Assembly: GCA_963575745.1 (NCBI GenBank)
Contig: CAUYUJ010000031.1
Span: 62,001 to 119,398, forward strand
Direction of reading: 5' to 3'
DNA: 57,398 nucleotides
Origin: Prorocentrum cordatum
Taxonomy: Eukaryota
Below the pieces are notes generated by a model. It was not told where the DNA came from. It searched no databases and worked only from the letters and a program-made list of their open reading frames with translations. Below, piece by piece: positions 35,996 through 47,915 of this stretch (position 1 is the first letter of the stretch; the number at the start of each line of letters is the position of its first letter). The position numbers and the translations under genes were made by a program.

Positions 35996-37707
35996 GACCG
36001 CATATAAAAAATGAGGACGCCGCATGTCTTGGAACGGGTCCTGAGGGAAACGGGTCCTAAGGTTTTTCGCTATTGTCGGCCCCCCTCGTGGCCTCCCACA
36101 GGCCCCAGGACCGTCCGAGAACGAGTCAGGATGAAGAGCTGGTCCTGGGGGAAGGCCCCAGGGTCCAGGAGCCGTTTCCTTCGGGACCCGCTTCCCCCGT
36201 GGAATAAAAGGGGCCCTCAGGGTGCCCCCAAAGGGGCACGAGATGTGCACGTCTCTTCGCCACCTTCACCCAGACATCCGCTTATAGGATTGCGAAGGCC
36301 TTACGGCCGGTGCCGCCGACCCTGAATGGCGACGACGACGACGACGACGACGAGCGCTCTTGGGGGCCTCTTGGGGGTAGTTTGTGGGCCTCTTGGGAAG
36401 CTCTTAGGGGCCGCTTGGAAGCCTCGTGGGGGCCTCTTGGGGCTTCCTGGGGGTCTCTTGGAGGGGGCCAGGATTCTTTTAAGTCCGCGGCTCCAGAGGT
36501 CCCGACCACTTCTCCAGAGGGTGTTTTGCATGGTCCCAGATCCACTTCGGATGGTCCCCGGGCCCGATCACGGGCCCTGCAGGCCAAACTCCAGCAAAAA
36601 CCGCCGGATTGAAAGAACATCACATCCTCGCTGCGTGTGGCTTCATGGGGAGCCGATACGTGGAGGGGAAGAAAGGTGCACTTCTCGGGCCCGAAAGGCC
36701 CCCTTCTGTTCCTGTAGGGCCCCATCTGGGGCCCTACGGGGCCTCTTTTCTGCAGCCCTCGCTGCGCCGAGCTTGCAGTGACCGAGGTACAAGATCAAGG
36801 TCGGTTCGGGGAGGATATCCTAATGTTCTTCGTGTTTGTTGGATGTTCCTGAGCATCCTGGGGGGTACCCTCGGATGGTATGTGTGTTTTGGCCGACAGA
36901 GGGTCCCATGTTCTTGGATGATGTCCGACTGCATCGCCCTTCTATCTGAGCGACACAGAAAAACGGCGTCGCCTGCGCCGACACTGGCGCGTGAGCTGCC
37001 CGCGTAAGGTCGCGCGTAAGCGCCTTCGCTTCCGATGTGGCGTGGCGCGCCAGCGGCCCGCCTAAGCCGCCGCGTCAGGTCGCCGTGTCATCTCACGAAG
37101 GACCGTTTTTGATCGTCGCTCAGGTGGGGGGGGGGCAGCGAGGGGCACAGAAAAGGAGCCCTGCAGGGCCCCTGCTGGGGCCCTTTCGGGCCCCCAAGGG
37201 GGCCTTCAGGGCCCGAAAAGGACACCTTTCCTCCCGCGCGCGCGGAGCCACAGGTCCGCTACGACACGCGTCCGCGGATAGAGAAAATCAGCGCCATGGT
37301 AAGGGATGGGAGGGAGGGGTAGGACGTCAGATATGACGCGAGCGCACCTAGTTTGCCTCCCCCCCTCCCTCCACCGCCCCCCCAGCAATCCGCCCCGCGC
37401 CCACAAGACCGCGGCATGTAAAGCAAGCAAAAAACACCTGCCCTCGGACCTCTGGGCCCGTCGTCGCAGGAGCACGGTGCCCGTCTCGGGCCGGGAAGGC
37501 CCCCTGCTGGGGGGGCCCCTTGAGGCCTCCTTGACTGCAGACCTCGCGCACCCCCCCCACCCAGATCATCGACCCCCCACGTTTTTACCTAACAGCGAAG
37601 ACTGATAGGTTTCTAGTAGGGTCAAAAGAGAGCATCATGACGCGCCAGGGGGGTCTGGGCGCGATCCGGGGGAGTGCCGGGGACTTTTTTTTTAGCCAAC
37701 AGTTACA

Positions 37708-37981
37708 CACTTCGTGGTCTTCGAGGTCCCAAAACTCCATTCCCGGGCCACATTCTGAATGCCCAGAGCCAATTGTAGGCCACTTCGTGGTCTTCGAGTT
37801 CCCAGAACTCCATTCCCGGGCCACATTTTGAATGCCCGGAGCCAGCTGTAGGCCACTTCGGGGTCTTCGAGTTCCCAGAACTCCATCACCGGGCCACACT
37901 TTGAATGCCTGGAGCCAACTGTAGGCCACTTCGTGGTCTTCGAGTTCCCAGAACTCCATTCCCGGGCCACATTTTGAATGC
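37708..37981 (+). repeat. 73-bp minisatellite, about 3.75 copies
   Basis: CACTTCGTGGTCTTCGAG starts at 37708, 37781, 37854 and 37927. Confidence 0.95.
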
Positions 37982-38893
37982 TGAGGCAGGCTGAGGCTGA
38001 GGCTGAGGCATGCGGCTGAGGCTGAAGCAGGCTGAGGCTGAGGCACGCTGAGGATGAGGCCGAGGCTGAAGGCAGACTGAGGCTGAGGCTGAAGCAGGCT
38101 GAGCTGAGGCTGAGGCAGGCTGAGGCTGAGGCAGGCTGAGGCTGAGGCTGAGGCTGAGGCTGATGCAGGCTGAGGCAGGCTGAGGCTGAGGCCGAGGCTG
38201 AAGGCAGACTGAGGCTGAGGCTGAAGCAGGCTGAGGCTGAGGCTGAGGGCTGAGGCTGAGGCTGAGGCAGGCTGAGGCTGAGGGCCGAGGCTGAAGGCTG
38301 AGGCTGAGGCTGAGGCAGGCTGAGGCCGAGGCTGAAGGCAGGTGAGGCTGAGGCTGAGGCAGGCTGAGGCTGAGGCTGAGGCTGAGGCTGAGCTGATGCT
38401 GAGGCTGAGGCTGAGGCAGGCTGATGCTGAGGCAGGCTGAGGCTGAGGCTGAGGCTGATGCAGGCTGAGGCTGAGGCAGGCTGAGGCTGAGGCCGAGGCT
38501 GAAGGCAGACTGAGGCTGAGGCTGAAGCAGGCTGAGGCTGAGGCTGAGGCAGGCTGAGGCTGAGGCTGAGGCAGGCTGATGCTGAGGCAGGCTGAGGCTG
38601 AGGCTGAGGCTGATGCAGGCTGAGGCTGAGGCAGGCTGAGGCTGAGACCGAGGCCGACGGCAGGCTGAGGCTGAGGCTGAAGCAGGCTGAGGCTGAGGCA
38701 AAGGCAGGCTGAGGCTGAGGCTGAGGCAGGCTGATGCTGAGGCAGACTGAGGCTGCTGATGCAGGGTGAGGCTGAGGCAGGCTGAGGCTGAGGCCGAGGC
38801 TGAAGGCAGACTGATGTTGAGGCTGAAGCAGGCTGAGGCTGAGGCTGAGGCAGGCTGAGGCTGAGGCAGGCTGAGGCTGGCAGGCTGAGGCTG
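37981..38893 (+). repeat. (GGCTGA)n/(GGCTGAGGCA)n compound satellite, ~910 bp
   Basis: Directly visible; the higher-order marker GGCCGAGGCTGAAGGCAGACTGA recurs. Confidence 0.95.
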
Positions 38894-39099
38894 TGACTGC
38901 GACTGCCGTTGCCACTGCGACTGCCATCGCGATTGCGACTACGACTGCGAGAACAGCAGAATTCTACAACAGGATTCTCATCTGAATCTTAAGGGGAATG
39001 CTTCCAGATATGCTCCTACACATCGCTGTTAGGTTGCTTTGCCGGGATAATTTTGTTTGTTTGTTGTTTGTGCTTGTGTCTTTTTGATATAAGAAATCG

Positions 39100-39264
39100 G
39101 GCAAGTTTACTTGCATGGACGGGGGGGGGCCCTGAGCCTGAAGAGAGCCGAAAACAGCTCGACGCGCGGAAACCACGCAAGTCGAGAGGCACCTGCACGC
39201 CCGTATTCGACTGAAGAGGGGCGATGGGGAGGTTTGGGGCGGACGCCATGCAAGCAAACGTGCT
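39100..39264. mobile_element. Second copy (inverted) of the 19-bp inverted-repeat MITE
   Basis: Intact GGCAAGTTTACTTGCATGG at 39100-39118 and degenerate CCATGCAAGCAAACGTGCT at 39246-39264. The interior is a diverged reverse complement of 33543-33682. Confidence 0.8.
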
Positions 39265-40490
39265 TGGATCTAAGACGACAGGCTCTTTCTCGCGGCCCCT
39301 CGTCGGATCGGCTCTCTGCGCCCGTCCCAGGTTCCGACGTCGTGATTCTGCTCACAGCGTCGACCCCCAGAGGTCTGGCAGCCCCCTCCCTCCCCGGGAC
39401 CGGCGCTTCCTCCCGGGAAGGAGGAGGAGGGCGAGGAGGAGGAGGAGGAGGAGGAGGAGGAGGAGGAGGAGGAGGAGGAGGGCGAGGAGGAGGAGGAGGA
39501 GGAGGAGACCCCACCCCGAGTCTTTTCTCGTTGGCAGCCCCCTTCGGCCCGGGGAGGGCCCCCGGAGGCCGAAGACAGCGAGAGACCTCCCGCCGATCGC
39601 GCCGTGCCCTCCGCGCGCGGGCGTCCGGGGCCCGGCGCCGCAGGAGGGCGACCGCCTGCGGGCTCAGCTCGCGGAGGCCGCCGCCCCGCCCCGCCCCGCG
39701 CCGCGCCGCCGCCCGGGCGCCCACGGAGCGCACCGCCCGGGGCCACGGGCGCCGCGCGAGGGCCGCACGGCCGAGCCGCGGCGCACCGGCGGCGGCGCCG
39801 GGGCGCGTGCCGTCTGTCTCCGGCGGGGGCCGGCGAGGAGCCTCCCGGGTGCTCCCTGCGAAGCTCGGGCCGGGCGGAAAGGGGTCAGCCGCGCGCAGAG
39901 CCCAGACCCCCTCGAGTAATGAGAAAATCATGACGGGAGGTTTTTCCTAATTTTCGGCCTCCGGGGGCCCTCACCGGGCCTCGGGAGCGTCAAAAAACGA
40001 CTCGGGATGCAAAGCCGGTCATGGGGAAAGGGTCGGGACCTCTGGAGGTCGACGTAATGAACAAATCATTACATCGTGGGGGTCTGGGAGGGGGGTGGGG
40101 GGAGGGGGGAGGGCTTCGGAGAAGCACCCCTGCTTCTTAGAAGGCGCGGCCCTTATCTGTAGGTGTAAGGCCGGCGCCTTCTAAGAAGCAGCCTCCTTCT
40201 AAGAAGCCCTCCGCCCTCCCCCCACCCCCTTGTGCGCGCCGCCAAATGGGGGGGATCGGGGAAGGGGGGTCTGCTGCATGCAGCTGGTTTCCTCACACGA
40301 GCTGCATGCAGCTGGTTTCGGCCTCACCGAGGGGCCCCTTCCTCGACGCATAGCCGCCTGCGGCGCCGGGAGGCGCCGGGAAAGTCAGCTACGTGAGCTG
40401 GTCCTCACCCCCCCCCCTTTGCTATCCTCCCCTTTCGCCCGACCCGAGAAGAAACATTCGAAGAAGAGAAAACGCCATGAACATATCTTT

Positions 40491-40620
40491 CGGCGCTCCG
40501 CGCAGATTTCTTGGATCCGCGCTGGGCCCCCCGCGGCGCCTCTGGTGTCGCCCCTGGCGCGCTCCGCGCGCCAAGGAGGAAGGGGCCAGCGCGGATCCAA
40601 GAAATCCGCGCAGAGCGCCA
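40491..40620. mobile_element. GC-rich foldback/MITE family (related copies ~2455-2545, 6862-6985, 33372-33490, partial ~7778-7830)
   Basis: ATTTCTTGGATCCGCGCTGG / CCAGCGCGGATCCAAGAAAT inverted repeat around a GGCGCC..GGCGCCGCCC core that the other copies share. Confidence 0.65.
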
Positions 40621-42485
40621 ACAGTTTATGTATTCCAGATTTTGTAATAAAGGGAGGGGGGTCTCATTTCGGGGGGGGGTCTCTTCCAGGCTATCTTGGA
40701 GGGCCTGGGGGGTCTGGGGACTATGTTTTGGAGGGTTCTCCCACGGGGGAGGTCTGAAATGGCTTGTCTTGGAGGGTCCAGACCCCCTCCCTTTTATTAC
40801 GAAATCTGGAGTATATGCAATGTTCTCTTGCTCTAATCCTGGATCGTCCTGCGGAGGAAAAAAAGAAAACATGCACGAGATCGGAAAACTGCACGGGGGA
40901 GGGACGTCCGAGCGATGGCGAGACGAGGATAAGCCCGTTCCAGAGCGTTCCGCAACGCTCGGAGCGCTCCGGACATCTTTGAGAAGGCCGCGGCGCCCGA
41001 GACGTCCTCTGGAGACGCCGGATCTAAGGGATTCTCGATTTCGCCTCGCCCGATTTGATCCTCGTCTTGACTTCGTCCTGCACTGCGCGGTCGAGCCCGG
41101 CGCGCAGCACGGTGGAGCGCAGGGCCGTTGCCAGACATGCTCGCGCCGTGACAACAGAAAATCGGGACGGGAGGTTTTCGGACGTTTTCGTCGGTTCTCG
41201 ACGGCTTTCCAGCCTCGGGATGCTCTGCAGCAGTTGCGCCTCGCCGAGGGCGTTCCGGGGGTGCCCGGATCGCCCCGAACGACCGCCGGAGAGCCGAGTT
41301 ATGGGTTCTAAAAACAGGCATGCTCGCGTCGTGAGACAATCAGGATGTGATGGGGGTTCACAGTGTTCGGCCTCTCGGGGTCCTCGCCAGGCCCCAGGAT
41401 AGTAAAGCATTTTTTGAAGGCGAAATACCGGCCTTAGGGAAAAGGTGGGCCGCGTCCCCTGAAGTCCCGATCTTCTCCCTGGGGCAACTATTTTTGGGGT
41501 TTCTGTGGTTTGCACGGCATGCTTCTAAAGCTTTTTTGATCGAGGCCGTCTTGTTGGAACCCACCGTGTTCTGAGGACAATGCGCTTGTTGTTAGAGCAT
41601 CTCGCTTGTCCTAAGAACATGTCGTGGTAGGCCCATAGGAATGCCCAGACGGTCGGTCCCTGCTGAACACACGGGGTTCAAGTAGAGGGTGTTGAAGGAT
41701 CTCGTCGCATCGACGATGCGGCTCGATGTGTAGCAGCGTTGGTGCTGTCAGTGGCGTTTGCCGCGCCGTGGGTGTCGCTTAGGCCTCACCTGGTTTCACT
41801 CTGGGCTCCACCCTGATTGGTGTACCCGTAGGGATTGGCGCTTGCTGCAGCTCCTGAATCCAGGGTCCTTAGTCGCGGCCCCCCCCCGTGGCAACTGCTG
41901 GGGAGATGGTGCCGGTGTTGCATGTCAGGGTGGAATGTAGCTTGGCATAGCTGATCTCGAATGTCTGCGCAATTTCATCAGCTCGCTCCTGAGCCAAGGC
42001 TGGTTATAGCGGTATTGTTGGTAATTGGGCTCGAGCTAAACGGTGTTGTGATGATTTCGTGGACCGCGCTCGTTTTGATTTCGTTTCGCAGCAAAGGCAG
42101 AACGAAGACAGAACGAAGGACCATTATGACAACACGAGGACGAATAACACTGTTTATCTCGAGCCCTGGTTGGTAAACGGTCTCTAGGTCGTCAGGGGTG
42201 CTTTTAGACACGCTTGTCGTAGGCTGCGGCAGCCAAGTGTGCGCCCCCCCTGCTGGGCAGAGCAGTTGCGCAGGCCCGCCGTCGCCCGAGAAGGCTCCAT
42301 GGACAGGGGGATTTGCGGCCTGGTGGCTTGGGCTGCAGGGGTACACGATGGTGGCCAAATTTTCCACCACCACTACCATAAATGGGACGGAGAAGAAGGG
42401 AGGAGGGGAAGGTCCTCCTCCTCCTCTTCCTCCTGCTCCTCCTCCTCCCCCTCCTCCTTCTCCTCCTCCTCCTCCTCCTCCTCCT

Positions 42486-42507
42486 TCCGTAGCCATTTTG
42501 GCTCAAG
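42486..42507 (+). other. Genomic relic of the dinoflagellate spliced leader (full 22 nt) at the 5' end of a LINE
   Basis: Exact TCCGTAGCCATTTTGGCTCAAG immediately after (CCT)n at 42413-42485. Confidence 0.97.
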
Positions 42508-42626
42508 GGTGGTCTGCGCTACCCGCTCGGCCTGGCTCCCCCCGACCCGCTCCTCGGGTCTTCCTGCTCCCTCTCCCTCGGGCCGGGCGCGCCCGGGTGC
42601 TCCTCGTGCCTCTCCCCGCTCTCGCC

Positions 42627-43669
42627 ATGGCTGAGGTCGCCGGTGTGGCAGCAGCTGTGAACGGCCTGCCTGCCCTGCCTGGGCTGCCTCCTGCTCCTGC
42701 CCCCTTGGGGGCCGTGGGGGAGGGCGCGCCTCCGCCCAGTGACTTGACGATGATAGTGAAAGAGGGCTTTTCCTCTCACAAAGCAGAGGTTGAGTTGTTT
42801 CGACAGCAGATGACAGTGATGGGCACCAACTTCGATCGAATGCAGGAGGAGTTCGCGGAGATGAATCGTCGCTCGGAGGCTCGCTGGGCAGAGATTAAGA
42901 AATCACAGGATGCAGCGATCCACCAGGTCTCGGTTGACACAGATGCGAAGTTGGCGGCAGTTGTGGCAAAGATCGACGTTCAGTTGCAAGAGCTCCAGCA
43001 GAAACTCTCAGCAGGTTCGTCGACTCGTGCCGATTCGGAGTTCGAGCTCGTAGGAGGTGATGGGGAAGGAGGGCGGCGTACGAGGTTGAGGACGTTGGGC
43101 CCTGACCAAGCCAGTGCTACTCGTCTCATCGTTCTAGGTTTCGAGAAGCCCCTGCTGGAAGCGTCCCTCAAGGAAGCGGTCGCCCCGATAGTCGCTGCGT
43201 GTAGTCCAGCTAGCTGGTGAGGGACCGATCGTTCGAGCATGCTCCCTCACGCGGAAGGTGATCCTTGACTTCCCCAGTACTCTGTCGTGCACGGCGTTCT
43301 TCGGTAAGAGCCAGACCATCGGTAAGATTGTGTACTAGAACCCGATTGATAACCAGGGCTGGGAGCTTCGCGTGCGTCGTGACTTGCCCCCCCGCTAGCC
43401 GTCAGTTGTTCTACTACCAGGGACAGATTCGTGCGATCATCGGGAAGGTCTTGGGGGAGAAAGGGTTCCAGGTGGGCAGCAACGGACTCGGTGGTCAGAT
43501 ATACGGTCTCATCACGGCTACCCACCCAGTGATTCTGGCGAAGGTCACGGTCCTTGAGTGCGGTCGCCCCGAACTCGTTCTGATCCCTGAGGCCCTCGGA
43601 ACGTTCGGAGTTAGTGAGCACGCAGTATGCATTGTCACCCTTTTTGATCAGATTCGGCCCTTTGTGTGA
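42627..43669 (+). pseudogene. LINE-B ORF1 (coiled coil plus possible RRM-like half), with about two frameshifts near 43215 and 43340
   Basis: GCCATGG start at 42627; coiled coil NFDRMQEEFAEMNRRSE...VQLQELQQKL; RLIVLGF motif. Protein-like continuation GEGPIVRACSLTRKVILDF, then the 43265..43669 frame. Confidence 0.7.
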
Positions 43670-46600
43670 GGGCCCCAGTTGTCCTGGAGTCCCCCGCCTC
43701 GGGATTGCTAGTGCCCTGCCTGGCCTTTCTTGTCGGGTCCCTGGTGGTTCGGGCCCTCCCTGGGATGGTGGGCCTGTCGGGGGAAACCATCGGACCCGTG
43801 TGACGAATTGCCAGGATAGTGCTCAGCCAGCCAACCAGTGTTTTAATCTGAATTCAGGAGGACCTTATACCCCTGGTGACCCGTCCTCAGGAGCGAACGG
43901 GGTGTTTGCTTCCTCTTCTGCGCTTACCTTGTGCTCTTGGAATGCACGTGCTCTCTTCTCATCGTGCTCTACTTCGTCTCCGCTGGCAGCTCGGCGTTGC
44001 ACGCAGATGTATGGTCTTGTTGGCAGGTTTGACGCGGTGTGTTTACAGGAGACTCATGGCACGGTATCTGATGTGGAGATGTTACAGCGTGATGAACGTT
44101 GTCGTAGTGCAAGCGTTCACCATTCGATGATCGATCCGAGGGCTGGGGGCGGGGTGGTTACTGTCATATCGAGTAAGCTGGCTTCGCAGTTCGAATCGAT
44201 CACGCCGTTTCCGTTGATTGCTGGCCGTGTTCTCGCCTCGCACCTGAAGGGACGTTGTGGGGACCTAGTGATTGTTAATGTGCACATGCCGAATACTTCT
44301 GATCCAGTTGCGATGTATCGCAGGTACCTGTGTGTGATTCAGGCTTTCCTTCCATTGGCTGCACACACCATGTGCTTGATTGCTGGGGATTGGAACTTTA
44401 TGGAGGTGGAGGAGGGGCGGTTTCGGACTGACGGCACGTGGTTAGCAGGGGACAGGGAACATACGGATGCTTTTCAGTCTATTTGTGGGTCCTGGGCTGA
44501 GCTGTACCAACCAGATCCGACACGGCGTGATGTGTTCCAGGGAGAGGTCCGTGGGGTTGCCCGTCTGGACCGCATCTACACCTCTCTCTCGGCCCCTGTC
44601 TTGAATGATTTGGCGGTGACGGTAAATACCCTGGGGCATGCCGTGAAGACCTTCGCCTCGTCTGACCACATCCCAGTTGTGGCCACTGTCGCTCTGAGGA
44701 TGCCATCTGCATTACCCACCCATATTCCTAAGTGGATTTCCCAACATGGAGCTTACCATGAGTTGTGTACCAGCGCCATTATGGAAATCGGCCAGGATCT
44801 GACCCCTCGGGAGAAACTGGCTCGGGTGAAGGAGATTTTCTGGCAGATGGTCCCGCTGTTCAAGGCTCGGCTTCGGTCGAAGCCCCCGAAAGAGAATTGT
44901 GAAAAGCTCAATTTTGCTATGATGGCCTTTGTATTTTTTTTTTTTTTTTCTTTTTGATGTTTTTGCTCTTTTTATTTTTTTTTTTTCATTTTTTTTTTTT
45001 TTTTTTTTTTTTTGTTTTTTTTTTCTTTTTTTTTTTTTTTTTATTCTTTTTTTTTTCCTTTTTTTTTTATTTTTTCTCATTGTTTTATTTTTTTGTCTTG
45101 TTTTGGTATTTTTTTTTTTGTACTTTTTTTTTTGTTTTTTTTTTATTTATTATTGTTTTGTTCTTTTTTTTTTCTTTTTATTTTTTTTCTTTTTTTTTTT
45201 TCTTTTTTGTTTTCTATTTTTTCTTTATTTTTTCTTTTTTTTTTGTTTTTTTTATTTTTTCTCTTTTTTTTAATTTATTTTTTATTATTATGTTTTTTTT
45301 TCCTTCTATGATGGCTTTCCGTGGGTGGCGTATAGGCAGGTTCGACCGGTGTGTGCGTGCGATCCGTGCGTATCCTCGGTTGCTTCAGTACTTTGATCCA
45401 GACCGTGAGAGATGCTGGGATATAGTTGGCCTGGGTGCTTGAGTGCAGTCTCTGAAGGATGCTTGGTATGAGTCGGAGGAACGGGCGATGGACGGGTGGG
45501 AGGATGACGAGAAGTCTAAGGCTAAGGCCATGGCCCGCTTGCAACACCTTCGTCGTGCTTGGTCAAAGATGCGACGGCGTTGCGGGCTCTCTGGGGTCCT
45601 GGACAGTTCTGGGCAGGTTTGCCCTTCTCCGGCGGCCTTTGCTGAGGCCCTTCGGGACCATTGGCAGGTTGTCTTTGCCGCCAAGGAACCTGATCGGACC
45701 TTTGGCCTGAAATCCTCGCTCATGCCCGGCCGATCCAGTTGGACCCACTACATTGGAAGTTGGAAGTCGATGGTTTTATTGAGCGAGCCCGATTTAAGCA
45801 TCACTCTGCCCCCGGGGAGGATGGCATTCCATATGGATGCTGGAACGCTGAGGGGGCCGCTGATGTTTTATTCGGCGTTTATGATGAGATGTACCAAGCG
45901 TCGGGGGGTACTGTTTCGGCGTGCATGCGTCGAGGAAGGATGTGTTTCCTGTCCAAAGACCTCAAAGACGACGAGAACCCCGCAGTCCTTTTTCGGTCGC
46001 CTGATAAGACTCGCCCTCTCACGCTTGCGAATACCGATGCGAAGCTCCTGAGTGACGCCTTCTCCATTGGCCTCCAGAGGGCTGCACCGACAGTGATTGA
46101 TCCGATCCAGCGGGGGGGGGGGGGTCCCGCGTCGTGGGCTCCTTGACAACGTGGTTGAGATTGAATGGTGGGGTGTTCGTCAGAGGCTTACTGGTGGGGA
46201 CCGCTCGGGCATTCTTTTCACGGACTTTAAGGCTGCGTTCCCCTCTCTGATCGTCTCCTGGATCTTGGCGGTCTTGGAGGCCATGGGTGTTCCTGGTGAA
46301 GTTTGTGGTTTCTATCGCGAGTTGTACCGTGACAATGTGGCTGTAATCCACTTCGCGGGGACAGCTGGTGTTACTTTTTCGGTGGAGCGTGGGGTGCGGC
46401 AAGGTGATCCTGCTTCGATGCTCCTCTTCGCTTATGCGTTAGACCCAGTATTGCGTTGGATGAGGGCCAAGCTCACTGACCATGTCCCTCGGATTAGAGC
46501 ATGCGCCGATGACCTCTCTTTCTGCCTCCCCGACATCCTGACTGACCTCCAGCCGACGCTCTCGCTCCTCCGTAAGTTGGAACATTCTGTGGGACTGGGG

Positions 46601-47915
46601 CTGAACATTCCCAAATGTAAGGTCCTGGTGATTGGCTCGCTTGATCCTGAGAGATTAGTTGCCCACCTTCGTTCCAAGGGGAGTGAGTACTACCGCACTG
46701 TGTTTGTTCGCGTGGTTCTTTACTTGGGGTTCTGGCTGGGGCCTGGGGCTCTGGACAAAGTATGGAGCAACGCCATCCCCAAGTTCTGGATGACGGTTCG
46801 AAGGCTTCGTGGGCTTGGGCTTGGGCTTCCACAGACCATTCGCCTTTTCCACTCACACTGCATGTCGATTCTGGCGTACCAGTTACAACTCTGTCCAGTG
46901 ACCAAGGCGCTCCGTAAAGCGTATAATGAGGCCTTACAGGTGATTACTGCTGGTCCCCGCCATGCCTTCTCGAGGGAGATGCTGACGGGCTTGCGTGCGT
47001 TGGGAACCTCTCTAGAATGCTTGGATATCGATTGCTTTTCCAAAGCCATCAAGTTTCGGGTGGTTATGTCGTGCTCCAGCATCGATGCTATCCAGTATGA
47101 GATGGAGTCGTTGACGGTTTCCCTGGACGACGATGATTTCATTCCCGCTCGACTGTCATGGCCCTGGTGGAAGTCTTCCTGGATCAGGACTGCGGTGACT
47201 GAAGTAGGCAACTTCACGGTCCCGTCTCTGGAACCTATTCCCAAGAAGTCCTTTCAGAAGAAAGCCATGCGCAAGCTCCGAGGGCTCCGTGACCCCACTG
47301 TTCCCCTCCGCACCATGGTTCAGAGGGTGTCCAAGTGGGTGGGTCCCGACCGTTTTTCGGTAGCTGACTTTCAGGTGCTTGCCCAGAGGATGCGTAAAGT
47401 TGAGAAGGACAGCACGATGCACCTTGTCACGGGGGTCCTTAGAGTTCTCTGCCGTGGGGTCTGTACCTCCAGCCGGCTGCGTACCACGGTGGAAGGATGT
47501 GCGTTTGGGTGTCCTCTGGAAGCGGCTGACGACGACCGGAGGCATGATCGCGTGTGCCCAAAGTTGAAGGCTGGGTTGATTGACATATTCCCCCGTGGAG
47601 GACTCCTGAGGTCTTGGACCGCGGCTCTAACAGGTGAGGATTGGCTCCTCGCTCTTTGCTGTCTGGGGCCACAGTGGGGGAGGTCACGTGACCTAGCGGG
47701 GCGTGCCCTTATTAGATTTCGTTCTGGCCGCGCATAATGCTCGCAGGACCGGCTCGGTCCAGCCGGGGGAGTTTCTTATTAAAGCTAGGCTTCGGCAGCT
47801 GTCTCGTCGGCACCGCAAGCTTAATGAGGCGCTTCGGGCGCTGCGTCTGGCTGCTGCTGCTGCTGCCCCTCCCCCTGCTCCTCCTGCTCCTCCTGCCGTG
47901 CCCCCCCTCTCCTGA
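43614..47915 (+). pseudogene. LINE-B ORF2: AP endonuclease, reverse transcriptase and CCHC-like knuckle; disrupted by a T-rich insert, TGA 45440-45442 and frameshifts near 45730, 46120 and 47705
   Basis: APE: CSWNARAL, VCLQETH, VNVHMP, IAGDWN, ARLDRIY, SDHIPV. RT: SAPGEDG, RPLTLANTDAK, DFKAAFPS, GVRQGDPAS, CADD (normally YADD), YLG. Knuckle: CAFGC..HDRVC. Confidence 0.92.
44927..45305 (-). mobile_element. ~380-bp degenerate poly(A) insert (poly-T on the + strand) with a 10-bp target-site duplication
   Basis: CTATGATGGC at 44917-44926 and 45306-45315. Removing the insert and one copy restores the reading ...NFAMMAFRGWR... Confidence 0.8.

Noticed and set aside
41978..42400. Non-repetitive ORFs upstream of LINE-B and a partial TTGGCTCA SL-like match on the minus strand
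   Set aside because: No recognisable motif and the match is only 8 nt. It could be an exon or a decayed fragment, but this cannot be supported.
19216..42507. SL matches as SL RNA genes
   Set aside because: None is followed by the GT donor and short intron of an SL RNA gene (the next bases are CC, TC and GG). Each is followed by mRNA-like or LINE sequence.
46111..46125. Programmed frameshift at the G-run in the LINE-B RT
   Set aside because: It lies in the conserved QxGF-like motif of an already decayed copy; homopolymer slippage or sequencing error is more likely.
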